Of a DNA stretch of 20,143 nt, positions 1-11,023 are shown in pieces. The translations under genes were made by a program, and so were the position numbers. The notes beneath the pieces were generated by a model that was given only the letters and a program-made list of their open reading frames with translations, searched no databases and was not told where the DNA came from. Position 1 is the first letter of the stretch; the number at the start of each line of letters is the position of its first letter. Source of the DNA: Malacoraja senta (taxonomy: Eukaryota); NCBI GenBank assembly GCA_038087875.1, contig CM075991.1, forward strand, positions 14,324,001-14,344,143, read 5' to 3'.

Positions 1-50
1 TAGGGACAATTTTTACATTTACCAAGCCAATCAACCTACAAACCTGTACG
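1..50 (-). mobile_element. Fragment of an HE1-like (shark/ray V-SINE type) SINE, truncated by the window edge
   Basis: The reverse complement reads CGTACAGGTTTGTAGGTTGATTGGCTTGGTAAATGTAAAAATTGTCCCTA, matching my recollection of the elasmobranch HE1-type SINE body. Not database-verified. Confidence 0.6.
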
Positions 51-87
51 CCTCTAGTCCTAGACTCTCCCACGAGTGGAAACATCC
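51..87 (-). mobile_element. Short CR1 LINE fragment (C-terminal ORF2 region)
   Basis: The reverse complement encodes MFPLVGESRTR, homologous to LFPMLGKSRTRG in the CR1 copy at 9536-10069. Confidence 0.6.
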
Positions 88-1459
88 AATCACAAATTTT
101 GACTGCACCATCCTTTAGATTAAAAAAAAACAACTTGTACTATGTCCAGAACTACAGGCACCCAGTGGTCTGAAAAAGAAAATTGCTCGCAGCATGCATC
201 ATTTATGCACTGTCAGAACTTTATAAATGAGTATTGCTGTACTTTACTCAGCATTGAGAATTCACGACTTCCATCAGTCATTGTATACATTTCCACCAGA
301 TGAAGGATGAGAATGGAAACAAGACATGCAAAAATGGGTGCATAAAAATGAGAGCCATAATCATATATTTATACATATTAGAATGTATTGCATACTTGAA
401 CTTTGACAGAAAAAAATGAGCAGTTAAAATTAGCCTGACAAAGAACATGCAATTAGTTTTAAAAACAGCATCATGTGACTAACACAGAATTATAAGAGTG
501 CATTAGACAAGGTTTCAAATGCAACAGCTCAGTAATATAACTGATCTTAATATGATGGTTGTCCATCTTACCTTGATCTGGCCATAGAGGCGAATAGGGA
601 ATAGTTGAAATAAGCCATGTCTTCTGTAAACAGAACATGTGACCCATAAATGATATATTTAGAAAAGATCTATGTGAATTAATTCTAAAATTCAATAGAT
701 ACACCAATAATAGGTTTAGGCAATATTCTATTTAAGACATTGTTTTAACCTGTACATGGTTAGAAATTTGGTACAATATTTTATTCATTCTAAATATGAA
801 CCATGACTATAGAAGCAACATATATATTTTATAGTCCTGCTTCTTAAACACAAATTCAGCATAAAAACACATAGCCCAAATGTACAATGAAGTGTATTAT
901 TATTATTACTGCATAATGCACAAAGAACCACAGAGTTGTAACTTCATCCTGTACAATTAACAGGCACTCGTTATACAGAGTGAAACAAAGTAAGAGTTTC
1001 CTAATAATTCTCTATCACAACCCAGAGATTCACCTGCAGAATCTGCATGAAAGGTAGGACAGAAGTGACGCTATATCAAGTAAATTGTACCTAATATCAT
1101 TAGTAAAGAGCAGAGAAAAAAATTAAAATAGTTAAAACATAATATTTTAAACTCTAAATATTGAAAATCATTGATTAAAAATAGCAAATTAAGAAATTAG
1201 GTTTAAACTTGAATTTGTTATATGGCCAGTATTTGAAAAAAAATAACGTTCAGGAGGGCTGATTCTACAATCAGACAATTGTGGCAAAATTGTATCTCCT
1301 GATGTTAATTCATTACCAATTATTATTAACGCCTGTAACTTCTCCGAATCAGCTATATCAATAATTACTTAAAAATGAAGAAAATTCCTAAATACTTTGC
1401 CTCTGTAAGGCAGTATTCACCCAATTCACCCAAGTGAATTTACAACATTTTGTAGTTCA

Positions 1460-1474
1460 CAATAGCAATGGTAT
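1460..1474 (+). repeat. 5' target-site duplication of the L1 (partner at 7758-7772)
   Basis: CAATAGCAATGGTAT is identical on both sides of the element. Confidence 0.95.
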
Positions 1475-1630
1475 ACACTTCCGGTGGCGCTATGGAGGCT
1501 TGAGTCCAGCGCCAACTAGCTCCGTGCCGAAGAAAATTGAAAACGGGAGAAAATCGGGTCTTACCTGCAGCGATCGCGATCTGAACGGCTGCCTGCCGCG
1601 TGACGTCATCAGGAGCGCGACTTGGACGGT
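1475..1630 (+). promoter_or_regulatory. L1 5'UTR / putative internal Pol II promoter
   Basis: Composition switches abruptly from AT-rich flank to CpG-rich sequence. It contains an ETS-like CACTTCCGG at 1476-1484 and a CRE palindrome TGACGTCA at 1601-1608. Promoter function is inferred from L1 biology. Confidence 0.6.
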
Positions 1631-2674
1631 ATGTCGTTACAACGTTCCCCCACCCCCCGTGGGACACAAAAAAAAACGCCTAAAGGGAAACCCCCACCGA
1701 TGGAAGAGGAAGGCCCAACTGAGGCCTCAGTTACAATGACTGCCCAGGAAGACCTTCCGAAGAAAACAAAGCAGAAAAAGACTGAAATGGAAGATCTTAA
1801 AGCTTTTCTCGCTGCTGAATTGAAAACCTTTGGAGTGAATTTTAAAGAGGATTTTAAAGAGGAACTTAACTCTTTTAAGGTAGATTTTAAAGCAGAAATG
1901 CTTTCTACCGTTCAAGAAATACTGGAAGTCTGGAAGAGGTCGAGGGAGGAGGAGGTCAAGGAACAGATGGAAGTGCTGGAAGCAAGGCTCGTTTCGGTGG
2001 AAGCGAGCGTTAAAATGGAGGTGGACCCCATTCATCAAGAACTTGAACAACATAGAACAGCGATAACCGAACTTGAGAAATGGGCGGCGACAAGTGGGGA
2101 AACTGTAGGTCGACTCATTATTGAAAACCAACGCCTCACCGATATGGTGATCAAATTAAGTGATAAATGTACCGATTTGGAGGGGCGTCAAAGACGTAAG
2201 AATCTAAGAATTGTAGGGGTGAAAGAAGGAAGTGAGAGGGAAATGGGCCCTCGGGATTTTGTGGCAGACCTACTACAAAAAGTCTTAAAATTGGATCAAA
2301 AACCTTTACTCGGTCGAGCTCATAGAGCGCAGCGGCGTCGTACACAAGATGATGCCCATCCAAGACAAATTATCGTAAAGGTGCAACTGGATCATGAATT
2401 TGACGAAATAATGAAGAAAATTGTCCGAGGCGGACAGCTCCATTTTGAAGGTGTGAGGTTCAGTATCTACCGAGATTATCCGGCAGAGGTCTTCAAGAAA
2501 AGGGCGCTGTTCACTGAGACAAAAAGAATACTGAATAATGTACCTGATTTAAGATACGGCCTGCTCTACCCCGCAAGATTAAGAGTCACCTACAAGAACA
2601 AGGAGCAATTTTTTACAGACCATGAAAAAGCACTGGAATTCGCCAAAGAAATTGGGAACGTGACCGCAGACTGA
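1631..2674 (+). CDS. ORF1: L1 ORF1p (coiled-coil, RRM, CTD; Transposase_22-like), 347 aa from the first ATG
   Basis: Intact ORF with a heptad-rich coiled coil followed by RRKNLRIVGVKEG, RAHR, SIYRDYP and YGLLYPARLRVT motifs typical of L1 ORF1. The first ATG is at 1631. Confidence 0.93.
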   Translation: MSLQRSPTPRGTQKKTPKGKPPPMEEEGPTEASVTMTAQEDLPKKTKQKKTEMEDLKAFLAAELKTFGVNFKEDFKEELNSFKVDFKAEMLSTVQEILEVWKRSREEEVKEQMEVLEARLVSVEASVKMEVDPIHQELEQHRTAITELEKWAATSGETVGRLIIENQRLTDMVIKLSDKCTDLEGRQRRKNLRIVGVKEGSEREMGPRDFVADLLQKVLKLDQKPLLGRAHRAQRRRTQDDAHPRQIIVKVQLDHEFDEIMKKIVRGGQLHFEGVRFSIYRDYPAEVFKKRALFTETKRILNNVPDLRYGLLYPARLRVTYKNKEQFFTDHEKALEFAKEIGNVTAD

Positions 2675-3116
2675 AGAATTTACATTACTCTTCAGGAGTC
2701 AAGGATTAACGGGACCGCCAGATCTAAAAGGATCTTTAAAGTTCTTTTAAGAGCTTTAAGGACATTTGAAAACCGAATGGACGGTGGACATTGGAGATAA
2801 CCGTGGGGGTTTTTTTTTAAATTAATTTTTTAAATATTTTTATTAATCACTATTATTATCTGTATATTCATATCTAACTATATATGTAATAACTAATACT
2901 TATTAAATATCTATATTACTACTAAAATTATTAACATTTATATTACTCATAAAAATTTAATACTGGGTATGATTGATAACAATGATTAATAACTAATTAT
3001 TTCTCAATCTAAAATTAAATTTATAGATTTAGCGAGGATATTAATATGATATGTAGAGTATAACAACATTATGAATTTATGCTGTTCTTGGACTTTTCTG
3101 CAGGGATGCGTGCTTA

Positions 3117-3128
3117 TGTATGTATGTG

Positions 3129-3167
<39 letters not shown>

Positions 3168-3212
3168 ATATATGTATGTATATGTGTGCGTATATGTGGG
3201 TATGTATATATG
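3117..3212. repeat. (TA)n/(TATG)n microsatellite inside the L1 inter-ORF spacer
   Basis: Pure (TA)14 at 3131-3158, flanked by degenerate TATG/TGTG repeats. Confidence 0.9.
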
Positions 3213-3589
3213 TTTGTTACTCCCAAAGAAATTATTTGATTATTAGAAATAATCTTTTTTTTTTCGGCACGGAGCTGGGATTTTTTTTTTTTTTACAAAG
3301 GCTACGGAAGTCTTCAGAATTCTAGCCACGTTAGTGTGGCTATCACTAACTACACTAATTGTAGATGTAGTTTTTTTTCTTTCACACTATACTAACCAAT
3401 TCTATCACTTTTTTCACTTTAAATATTTTTATAACTTAATGTTTGAATGGAAAAACAAGAATAATACAAGGAGATGTGTTCGGAAGAACGATGTATATGA
3501 TTTTAAATTCATCTATTTGAGGTTCAGGAGCAAGGTCAGGTTTTATGTGCTGCACCTTCTGCTCGGTTATAGACCACCTTAGAAATAAT

Positions 3590-6500
3590 ATGCAAGATGT
3601 TAATATGACAAGAGGGGGTCAGGGAATAACATTTTGTAGTTGGAATGTCAAGGGAATCAATGAACCAATTAAGAGAGGTAAAGTCTTGGCACATCTAAAT
3701 TTAATCAAAGCAGATATTATATTCCTTCAAGAAACACACCTTAAAAAGGAATCCCAACACAGACTTAAAGCTAAGTGGATCGCTGAATCATATCATTCCT
3801 CCTTTTCCCATAAGTCCAGAGGAGTTTCAATATTAATTTGTAAAGGAATACCTTTTACGAATTTATCAACAATAGCGGATATTGATGGTAGATATATTAT
3901 ATTAGTTGGAGAGCTAAATGGAGAAAAAGTGATTCTTCTGAATGTATATGGGCCTAATTTTGATAACCCTATGTTCTTTAATAAAACATTTAATAAAATT
4001 CCTGAATTTACACAATATAAATTAATAATTGGAGGAGACTTCAACTGCACATTAGATTCATACTTAGATAGATCATCAAGGCAAAAAAAAGTAAAATCTC
4101 AATCAAGTGTATTTCTAAATTCATTTATTAATACCACTAATATTAAGGATGTCTGGAGAATAGAAAATCCAACTGGATGGGAATATTCATTTTACTCTCC
4201 AGTACACAAAACATACTCAAGAATAGATTATTTTTTAGTTGACTCCACGTTTATCCCATTTACTTATAACTCAAAATACCATAATATTATAATCTCAGAC
4301 CACGCACCTGTAACATTTATGATTAAATTAAATGGAATGTCCGAGAAACAAACATATTGGAGATTTAACCCACAAATCTTGAACGAAAGATCATGCCAGG
4401 AATATATTATTAAACAGATTCAAATATTTTTTGAGGTAAATAATAACACTGACACACCTACTTCTCTTATGTGGGAAACGTTTAAAGCGTTTGTTCGAGG
4501 TGCATTAATCTCTGCTCAAGTATTTTATAATAAAGAGAACAGGATTAAACAACAAACATTGGAAAGGGAAATCAAACAACTAGATTTAGACAATGCGAGA
4601 ATGCCATCTATTTCAAAACATAATAAAATTGCTGTATTGAAATATAAATTAAATAAAATGTATTCAGAACAAGTAATAAAACGTTATCAAAAAACCAAAC
4701 AATTACATTTTGAATTTGGAGACAAACCACAAAAACTATTAGCACGTCAGTTACGAAAAATGGAAGGGGAAAAAATAATTCATAAAATTAGAACAGAGAC
4801 AGGAGAATTATTAAAAATGCCCAAGGACATAAATGAAAGATTTCTCCAATACTATCATAACCTTTATTCAACTAAAACTGTAACACAAACGGAAGGAATA
4901 GCAGATTTTTTACTAAAATGTAATTTAAAAGGTTTAGATTCAAATGATAGAGAATTATTAGAAAGGGAGATTACGATAAAGGATATTGAGGAGTCTATTG
5001 GCTCTTTAAAAAATGGTAAAGCAGTAGGACCAGATGGTTTAGACTCTGAATTTTATTAAAAAAATTATGACTTGCTATGCCCACGTTTACAAAGGCTGTA
5101 TGAGCATATCTATACTCAACAGAAACTCCCAGACACTTTAAATGAATCTATAATAACACTTATTCCTAAAGCTGATAAAGATCCGGAAGATCCGGGATCA
5201 TATAGAGCAATTGCACTTTTAAATACAGATCAAAAAATATTAACTAAAATACTAGCGCATAGATTAAGTAAAGTGATGAATAAAATAATACACCCTGACC
5301 AAACAGGCTTTATTCAGAAACGGTACTCATATTATAATCTAAGAAGATTATTTAATATTATTTATTCTAAGAGAATTATTAATGAAGATCTAGCAATAAT
5401 CTCACTCGATGCTGAAAAAGCATTTGATCAGGTTGAATGGTCTTATTTATTTTCAGTGATGGAAAATATGCAACTAGGGGAGAAATTCTGTACATGGATA
5501 AAACTGTTATATACAAATCCTACGGCTAGAATATTAACAAATCAAAGGTTGTCATCAAAATTCAGCCTATCTAGAGGTTGTAGACAAGGATGCCCGTTAT
5601 CTCCATTATTATTTGCTTTAGCTATTGAGCCACTTGCAGAAAGAGTTAGGGGTCATCTGGAAATATATGGGTATATCACAAAGGACACAGTGAATAAAAT
5701 TTCTCTATACGCAGATGATGTACTAATTTACATTACAAAACCAGAAATTAGTATTCCAAACTTATTAGAGCTAATAACCCAATTTGGTTCATTCTCAGGA
5801 TACAGAATAAATTGGAATAAAAGTGAAATTTTGCCAATAAGGGAACATAACAAACACATAATACAACAATTTCCATTTAAAATAGTAAACGAAAAATTTA
5901 AATACCTAGGTATCTATGTAACTAAGATATATACATCATTATTTAAAGCAAATTTTCCCCCACTACTGAATAAACTACATAAGAATATTCAATACTGGAA
6001 AACACTTCCTATCTCAATGATTGGCAAAATTAATGCCATAAAAATGATTTTTTTACCGCAAATATTATACCCTTTTCAGACAATTCCGATATATTTGTCA
6101 AAAAACTTTTTTAAAAAATTGGACTCTATTGTTAATGATTTTATCTGGGATTATAAGAATCATAGGATAAACAAAAGACATTTGTGTAAATCAAAAATAA
6201 ATGGAGGTTTGGTTTTACCCAACTTTCTGTTTTATTTTTGGGCAGTTAATATTAAAAATATGAATTTCTGGTTGGAAGAAATAGAACAACAACCAGATTG
6301 GTTAAAAATGGAAAAGGAAGATTGTTTGCCTTTTGATATCGGTTCGATATTATTTGCTACATCTAAATTAAACAAAAAAAATTATAGGGAAAACCCTATA
6401 ATATTTAGCGCCATACGAATTTGGAAACAATTAAAAAAGACATTAAAATTAGATAATTTATCACTTTTTCTCCCAATTGTAAATAACCCTTTGTTTAAAC

Positions 6501-7405
6501 CCTCATGGTTGGACAGGGGTTTTACACAATGGAAGAATTATGGAATTAAAAATATGGGACAACTTTATAAGGAAGGCACTTTTCTGACATTTCAGGAGTT
6601 GCAACAGACTTATGGACTTCGAGGAAATGATTATTTCAGGTATCTTCAACTCAGAGATTATGTAAAATCGAATACTCAAAACTTTCGAATTAGAAATTCA
6701 GAAATTCTTGACGAATGTTGGAATAAACATCCTAATACAGAAAAATTAATATCTTATATATATTATATCTTATTAGACAGTGACATTCCATCGACGGACT
6801 TACACAGACAAACATGGGAAAAAGAATTAAATGAAATAATAACGAAAGATACTTGGGAAGAAAGTTTACAACATATACATCAATGTTCATTAAATGCCAG
6901 ACATTCTTTAATACAATTTAAAGTAATACATAGATTACATTATTCAAAAACAAAATTACATAAAATCTTTCAACATATCTCACCTATATGTGATAAATGT
7001 CAACATTTAGAAGCCACCTTATCTCATATGTTTGCAAACTGTACAAAAATAAAAAAATTCTGGGTAAATATTTTTAGTATAATATCTAAAGTGACCAGCA
7101 CACAAGTGGACCCGGATCCAAAATTTATAATACTCGGAACATCAGAATTAATTCAAACATTTACAACAACACAAAGAAACTTTATTGATTATAGTATAAT
7201 AACAGGAAAAAAATTAATTCTAAAATTTTGGAAAGGCCCTACGGCCCCCACAATCAAAATGTGGATTATAGAAATGACGGAGACCTTAAACGTGGAAAGA
7301 ATCAGATTTTCCCTGTTGGACAAACAGGAAGTATTCGTTGGAACATGGTCTCCCTTTATTGATTATTTAAAGGGTCAGAATGGTTCAGCACGGGAACCTG
7401 ACTAA
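3590..7405 (+). pseudogene. ORF2: L1 ORF2p (APE endonuclease, reverse transcriptase, CCHC), ~1271 codons, one premature in-frame stop at 5057-5059
   Basis: EN motifs: SWNVKG, LQETH, GGDFN, SRIDYFL, SDH. RT motifs: QTGF, LDAEKAFD, RQGCPLSP, YADD, YLG. C-terminal CDKC-x8-H-x4-C. ORFs 3545-5059 and 5072-7405 share a frame (EFY*KNYDLLCP). The start codon is uncertain (ATG at 3545, 3590 or 3605). Confidence 0.95.
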
Positions 7406-7729
7406 TGCTCGGGCTAAAAAATGGATGAAATGCTATATTCTGAAATGTACGAATATATCTCGAATGAAGTTTTTTATTTCAATAAATCTTTCCACTCTTC
7501 TTTAACTATCTTTCTCTTTTGTTTTTTTTCTTGTTTTTTTTTTCTCTCTCTCTCTTTTTCTTCTCTCTCTTTTCTTTCTTTACTTCATCTATCTTTTTAG
7601 TTCTATCTAGTTTAAAATTTTTAAAAAAAGGCAAAAGGTATTGGAGACAATGTAATAATAAATGTGATAATATTATCAATTTAAAAATGTAAGACTGTAA
7701 TGATGTTAATAGGTTATGTACTTATCTCC

Positions 7730-7756
7730 AATAAAAAATATTTTCAAAAAAAAAAA
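7730..7756 (+). terminator. L1 polyadenylation signal and poly(A) tail
   Basis: AATAAA at 7730-7735 is followed by an A11 run just before the 3' TSD. Confidence 0.85.
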
Positions 7757-8612
7757 CCAATAGCAATGGTATGTTGAAAAGGCAATATCCATCTGGCATT
7801 ATCATCCAGCAAGTTGTACAATAAAAACAAATGAAGGTAATTGAGAGGTAAGAACTAAACGGAGTTTAGATTTGATGGTTCTCTTCTTGCCCTCAAACAA
7901 GCCACTAGTACTGCTCATCTCGGAAGGACAACTATTTGGGTGACATTCAGAAGGGCAGACATCTAGTTTTATCACTGCAAGGAATCAATAATTTCAGGTT
8001 GAGGAGGAGTATTTGGCATAAAATGTAAGGAGATTTTTTTAGGTCTAAGCAGTAAAAATGTGTAATTGATAATTATTCTATAATTGCTTTTCAAATGGAA
8101 TACTGATGATGTAATTATAAAAAGCTATTCACTGGCAGCAACAATGTAATAAATAGAACATGTTTGGGGTTTTTGCTGGATCAGCTCAACAAAATCCTTG
8201 TGCAAGAATTCAGCTTATGCAATTTTATTAGGATTTGTCAATCATTTGAAAATTTAAAGCATTGCCCAGACTCTCAGAGATGAATCTATATGCTTTAAAA
8301 AAAAAGTTTGGTAAACAACATCACATAATATTATCAGAAATAACGAGCTCATTGCAAAAAATATAGATGACTATTCCTACATTGAATCTTCAGAAAACTG
8401 CATATATTTTCGGATCTCATCATCAAATACACCAAAACAAATGTAAAAATGGGTTTCACGACTTCTGCTTTCAATTAAGTAAATAGAGGAAGCCACTGCC
8501 CTATGTCCTCTATCTTACATAATTAAATTTACAACACATGCAGAATGCAGGTTGATATTGGGCAAATATATATGACAGCAAACAAACTTCTGTTCCAATA
8601 TAATTGGTAGAA

Positions 8613-8659
8613 AATGAATCAGCCAGAGTGACCCCTTGAATGAATCAGCCAGAGTGACC
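8613..8659. repeat. Perfect 21-bp direct repeat with a 5-bp spacer
   Basis: AATGAATCAGCCAGAGTGACC occurs at 8613-8633 and 8639-8659, separated by CCTTG. Confidence 0.9.
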
Positions 8660-8765
8660 AAACAATAATTTCCAATTTGCTTTTGATTGCATGCACAATT
8701 TATATTATAAGTGAAAGTAATTATTAAAAATCATGATGAAGAAATTGAGAATGTCTATTACTCAG

Positions 8766-9496
8766 TCGTAGAGCATTAAAACAGGCCTTTCAGCACAACT
8801 TGTCCATGCCAACCCATATGTTTATCTGAGCAAGTCCCATTTGCTGTGTTTGGCACATGCCTCTAAACATTTCCTATCCATTCATTTCTAAATGACCTTT
8901 AAACATTGTAATTGTACCTGCCTCTACAGGTTCCTCTGGCAGCTTGTTCTATACACACACCATCTTCTGTGCAAAAAGGTTGCTCCTCAGGTCCCTTTTA
9001 AATTTTCCCCACGAACCTCTAGTTTTCAACTCACCTTCACAAGGAAAGAAACTGGGATCATCCATCTTATCTACACCCCTCATGATTTTATTTACACCTA
9101 TAGGGCCATCCTTCAGCCTCCTATGCTCCAAGCAAAAACCTCCCACCTTCTCCTCATAGCTCAAGCCTTCCATTCCCAGTAACAACCTCATGAATCTTTT
9201 TTGCACCCTGCGCAACATAATAACATCCATCCGATTGCTGTGCAACCAAAACTGCACACAATACTCCAGGTGTGGTGTCACCAACTGCTTATACAGTTCC
9301 AATTCCTGTACTTGATGCTCTGACCGATGAAGACAAGTGTACCAAACACCTTCTTCACCATCCTGTCCAGCTATGTTGCCACTTTCGGGGAACTATGTAC
9401 CTGTACCCTTAGGTCTATTCATTCTATAACACTCTCCAGGGCATAACCATATATAGTGGAAGACCTGTCCTGTTTCAACTTACCAAAATGCAACAC
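8766..9496 (-). mobile_element. Old degenerate CR1 (HER1-like) 3' portion; continues at ~10075-10208
   Basis: Minus-strand translation LYKQLVTPHLEYCVQFW...RRVQKRFMRLLLGMEGLSYEE is the CR1 ORF2 C-terminus. A CR1 3' tail lies near 8770-8815. Boundaries are approximate. Confidence 0.85.
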
Positions 9497-9535
9497 GGCC
9501 TTGCCAAGCTGGCTATCTGCGAGTCACGCGCCAGG

Positions 9536-10069
9536 TAGAAACATAGAAAATAGGTGCAGGAGTAGGCCATTCGGCCCTTCGAGCCTGCACCGCCATTCAA
9601 TATGATCATGGCTGATCATCCAACTCATTATCCTGTACCTGCCTTCTCTCCATACCCCCTGATCCCTTTAGCCACAAGGGCCACATCTAACTCCCTCTTA
9701 AATATAGCCAATGAACTGGCCTCAACTACCTTCTGTGGCAGAGAATTCCACAGATTCACCACTCTCTGTGTGAAAAATGATTTTCTCATCTCGGTCCGAA
9801 GAGACTTCCCCCTTATCCTTAAACTGTGACCCCTTGTTCTGGACTTCCCCAACATCGGGAACAATCTTCCTGCATCTAGCCTGTCCAACCCCTTAAGAAT
9901 CTTGTAAGTTTCTATAAGACCCCCCCTCACTCTTCTAAATTCTAGCGAGTACAAGCCGAGTCTATCCAGTCTTTCTTCATATGAAAGTCCTGCCATCCCA
10001 GGAATCAGTCTGGTGAACCTTCTTTGTACTCCCTCTATGGCAAGAATGTCTTTCCTCAGATTTGGTGAC
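9536..10069 (-). mobile_element. Younger 5'-truncated CR1 copy nested in the older CR1
   Basis: Open frame RKDILAIEGVQRRFTRLIPGMAGLSYEERLDRLGLYSLEFRR...FFTQRVVNLWNSLP, with a 3' UTR and a TTCTATG-type tail (TAGAAACATAGAA on the + strand). Confidence 0.92.
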
Positions 10070-10074
10070 TGAAA

Positions 10075-10208
10075 TTGTAATCTAAGATATCCTTCATCGC
10101 TGTCCACTACATCACTAATTTTGGTGTCAACTGCAAACTTTGTAACCATGCTAACTGCATTCTCACACAAACCATTAGGATAGATGACAAACAATAGTAG
10201 TTCCAGAA
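10075..10208 (-). mobile_element. Upstream RT segment of the old CR1
   Basis: Translation LLFVIYPNGL...KFAVDTKISDVVDSDEGYLRLQ is a decayed IYINDL/FADDTK region. Confidence 0.75.
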
Positions 10209-10258
10209 CTTGCAGATTCCATTTACTAAGAACCTCAATATCATCATGAAACCTTGGA

Positions 10259-10403
10259 AAGGCACATAGATATGCAGGGAATGGAGCGATATGAATCACA
10301 CACAGGCAAATGAGATTAGTTTATCTTGGCATCATGTTCAGCACAGATATTGTGGGCCAAGGGGCCTTTTCCTGTGCTGTACTTTTCTTGGTTCTCTGTT
10401 CTA
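10259..10403 (+). mobile_element. CR1 3' tail fragment
   Basis: GTGGGCCAAGGGGCCTTTTCCTGTGCTGTAC...TTCTCTGTTCTA resembles the CR1/HER1 3' stem-loop and simple-repeat tail. Confidence 0.7.
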
Positions 10404-11023
10404 AATCTAGTGTCAAGGGTGGTGCTGTCTGACTGGGGGACAATCGCAGAGGCCAGACATCGGTTCTTAGACACCTTTTATGTCCCCATGGTTCATGACC
10501 TCACCATCAAACCATAGTCATCCTCAAAGTCATGGACATCACTTCCTTGGGAGATCTTCCCTCCAGCTTCACTGTGTCCCGGGCCTACAACGTCTGCTTC
10601 CACCTCATTCCCTAATTCTACACACAGGCCTGCCCTGGCAGATCCATTGTTTCAGCCTACTCTTCCACTGCAGGTCTGATGCACCTTGACGCAATGTTGA
10701 CATATCCCTTTTGCCTCCACAGATGTTGCTAAACCTGTTAAGATTCTTTAAGCAATTTTTTTTCTCTCCAGTTTCCAGCATCTGCAATGTAGCTTTCTCT
10801 ATATCTTCAAATCTTCTCCTCTTTCAGCATTTCGTAGGGACTGTCCCCATCACAACTCCCTCCACTCTTCTCGCAACCACAGGCAATGCAACACTTGTCC
10901 TTTCACCTCATTCCTTCCCATAATCCAAGAACACAAATAGTCTTTCCAAATGAGGCAGCAATTCACTTCCACCTCCAATCTAGTGTACTGCATTCAGTGT
11001 TCACAATGTAGTCTCCAACATGT

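Larger units (their letters stand above)
1475..7757 (+). mobile_element. Full-length L1-clade LINE (~6.3 kb)
   Basis: A perfect 15-bp TSD CAATAGCAATGGTAT lies at 1460-1474 and 7758-7772. The element has a CpG-rich 5'UTR, ORF1, ORF2 (EN-RT-CCHC), AATAAA at 7730-7735 and an A11 tail at 7746-7756. Confidence 0.97.

Noticed and set aside
955..1060. Two micro-exon-like AG...GTAAGA / GTAGGA patterns
   Set aside because: The intervening intron would be under 40 nt and the peptides are uninformative.
3071..3325. 84-aa ORF in the L1 spacer (possible extra L1 ORF)
   Set aside because: It is produced by the TA/TG microsatellite (YIYIYI...) and poly-T runs.
5041..5080. Programmed frameshift or two separate genes at the ORF2 break
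   Set aside because: Both ORFs are in the same frame, and a single TAA in a conserved Lys position explains the break.
7802..7974. Possible minus-strand terminal host exon (TTCCTTGCAG acceptor, then IKLDVCPSECHP...AG*)
   Set aside because: No recognisable protein and no partner exon. An open stretch this short can arise by chance, so RNA-seq or homology would be needed.
8378..8515. Minus-strand open stretch ...SRETHFYICFGVFDDEIRKYMQF...
   Set aside because: About 45 codons, no convincing splice acceptor and no recognised homology.
8613..8659. CRISPR-like repeat-spacer
   Set aside because: Only two repeats with a 5-bp spacer, in vertebrate-type DNA with no cas genes.
9628..10299. 223-aa minus-strand ORF as a single gene
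   Set aside because: It is a chance in-frame fusion of two different CR1 fragments plus flanking DNA.
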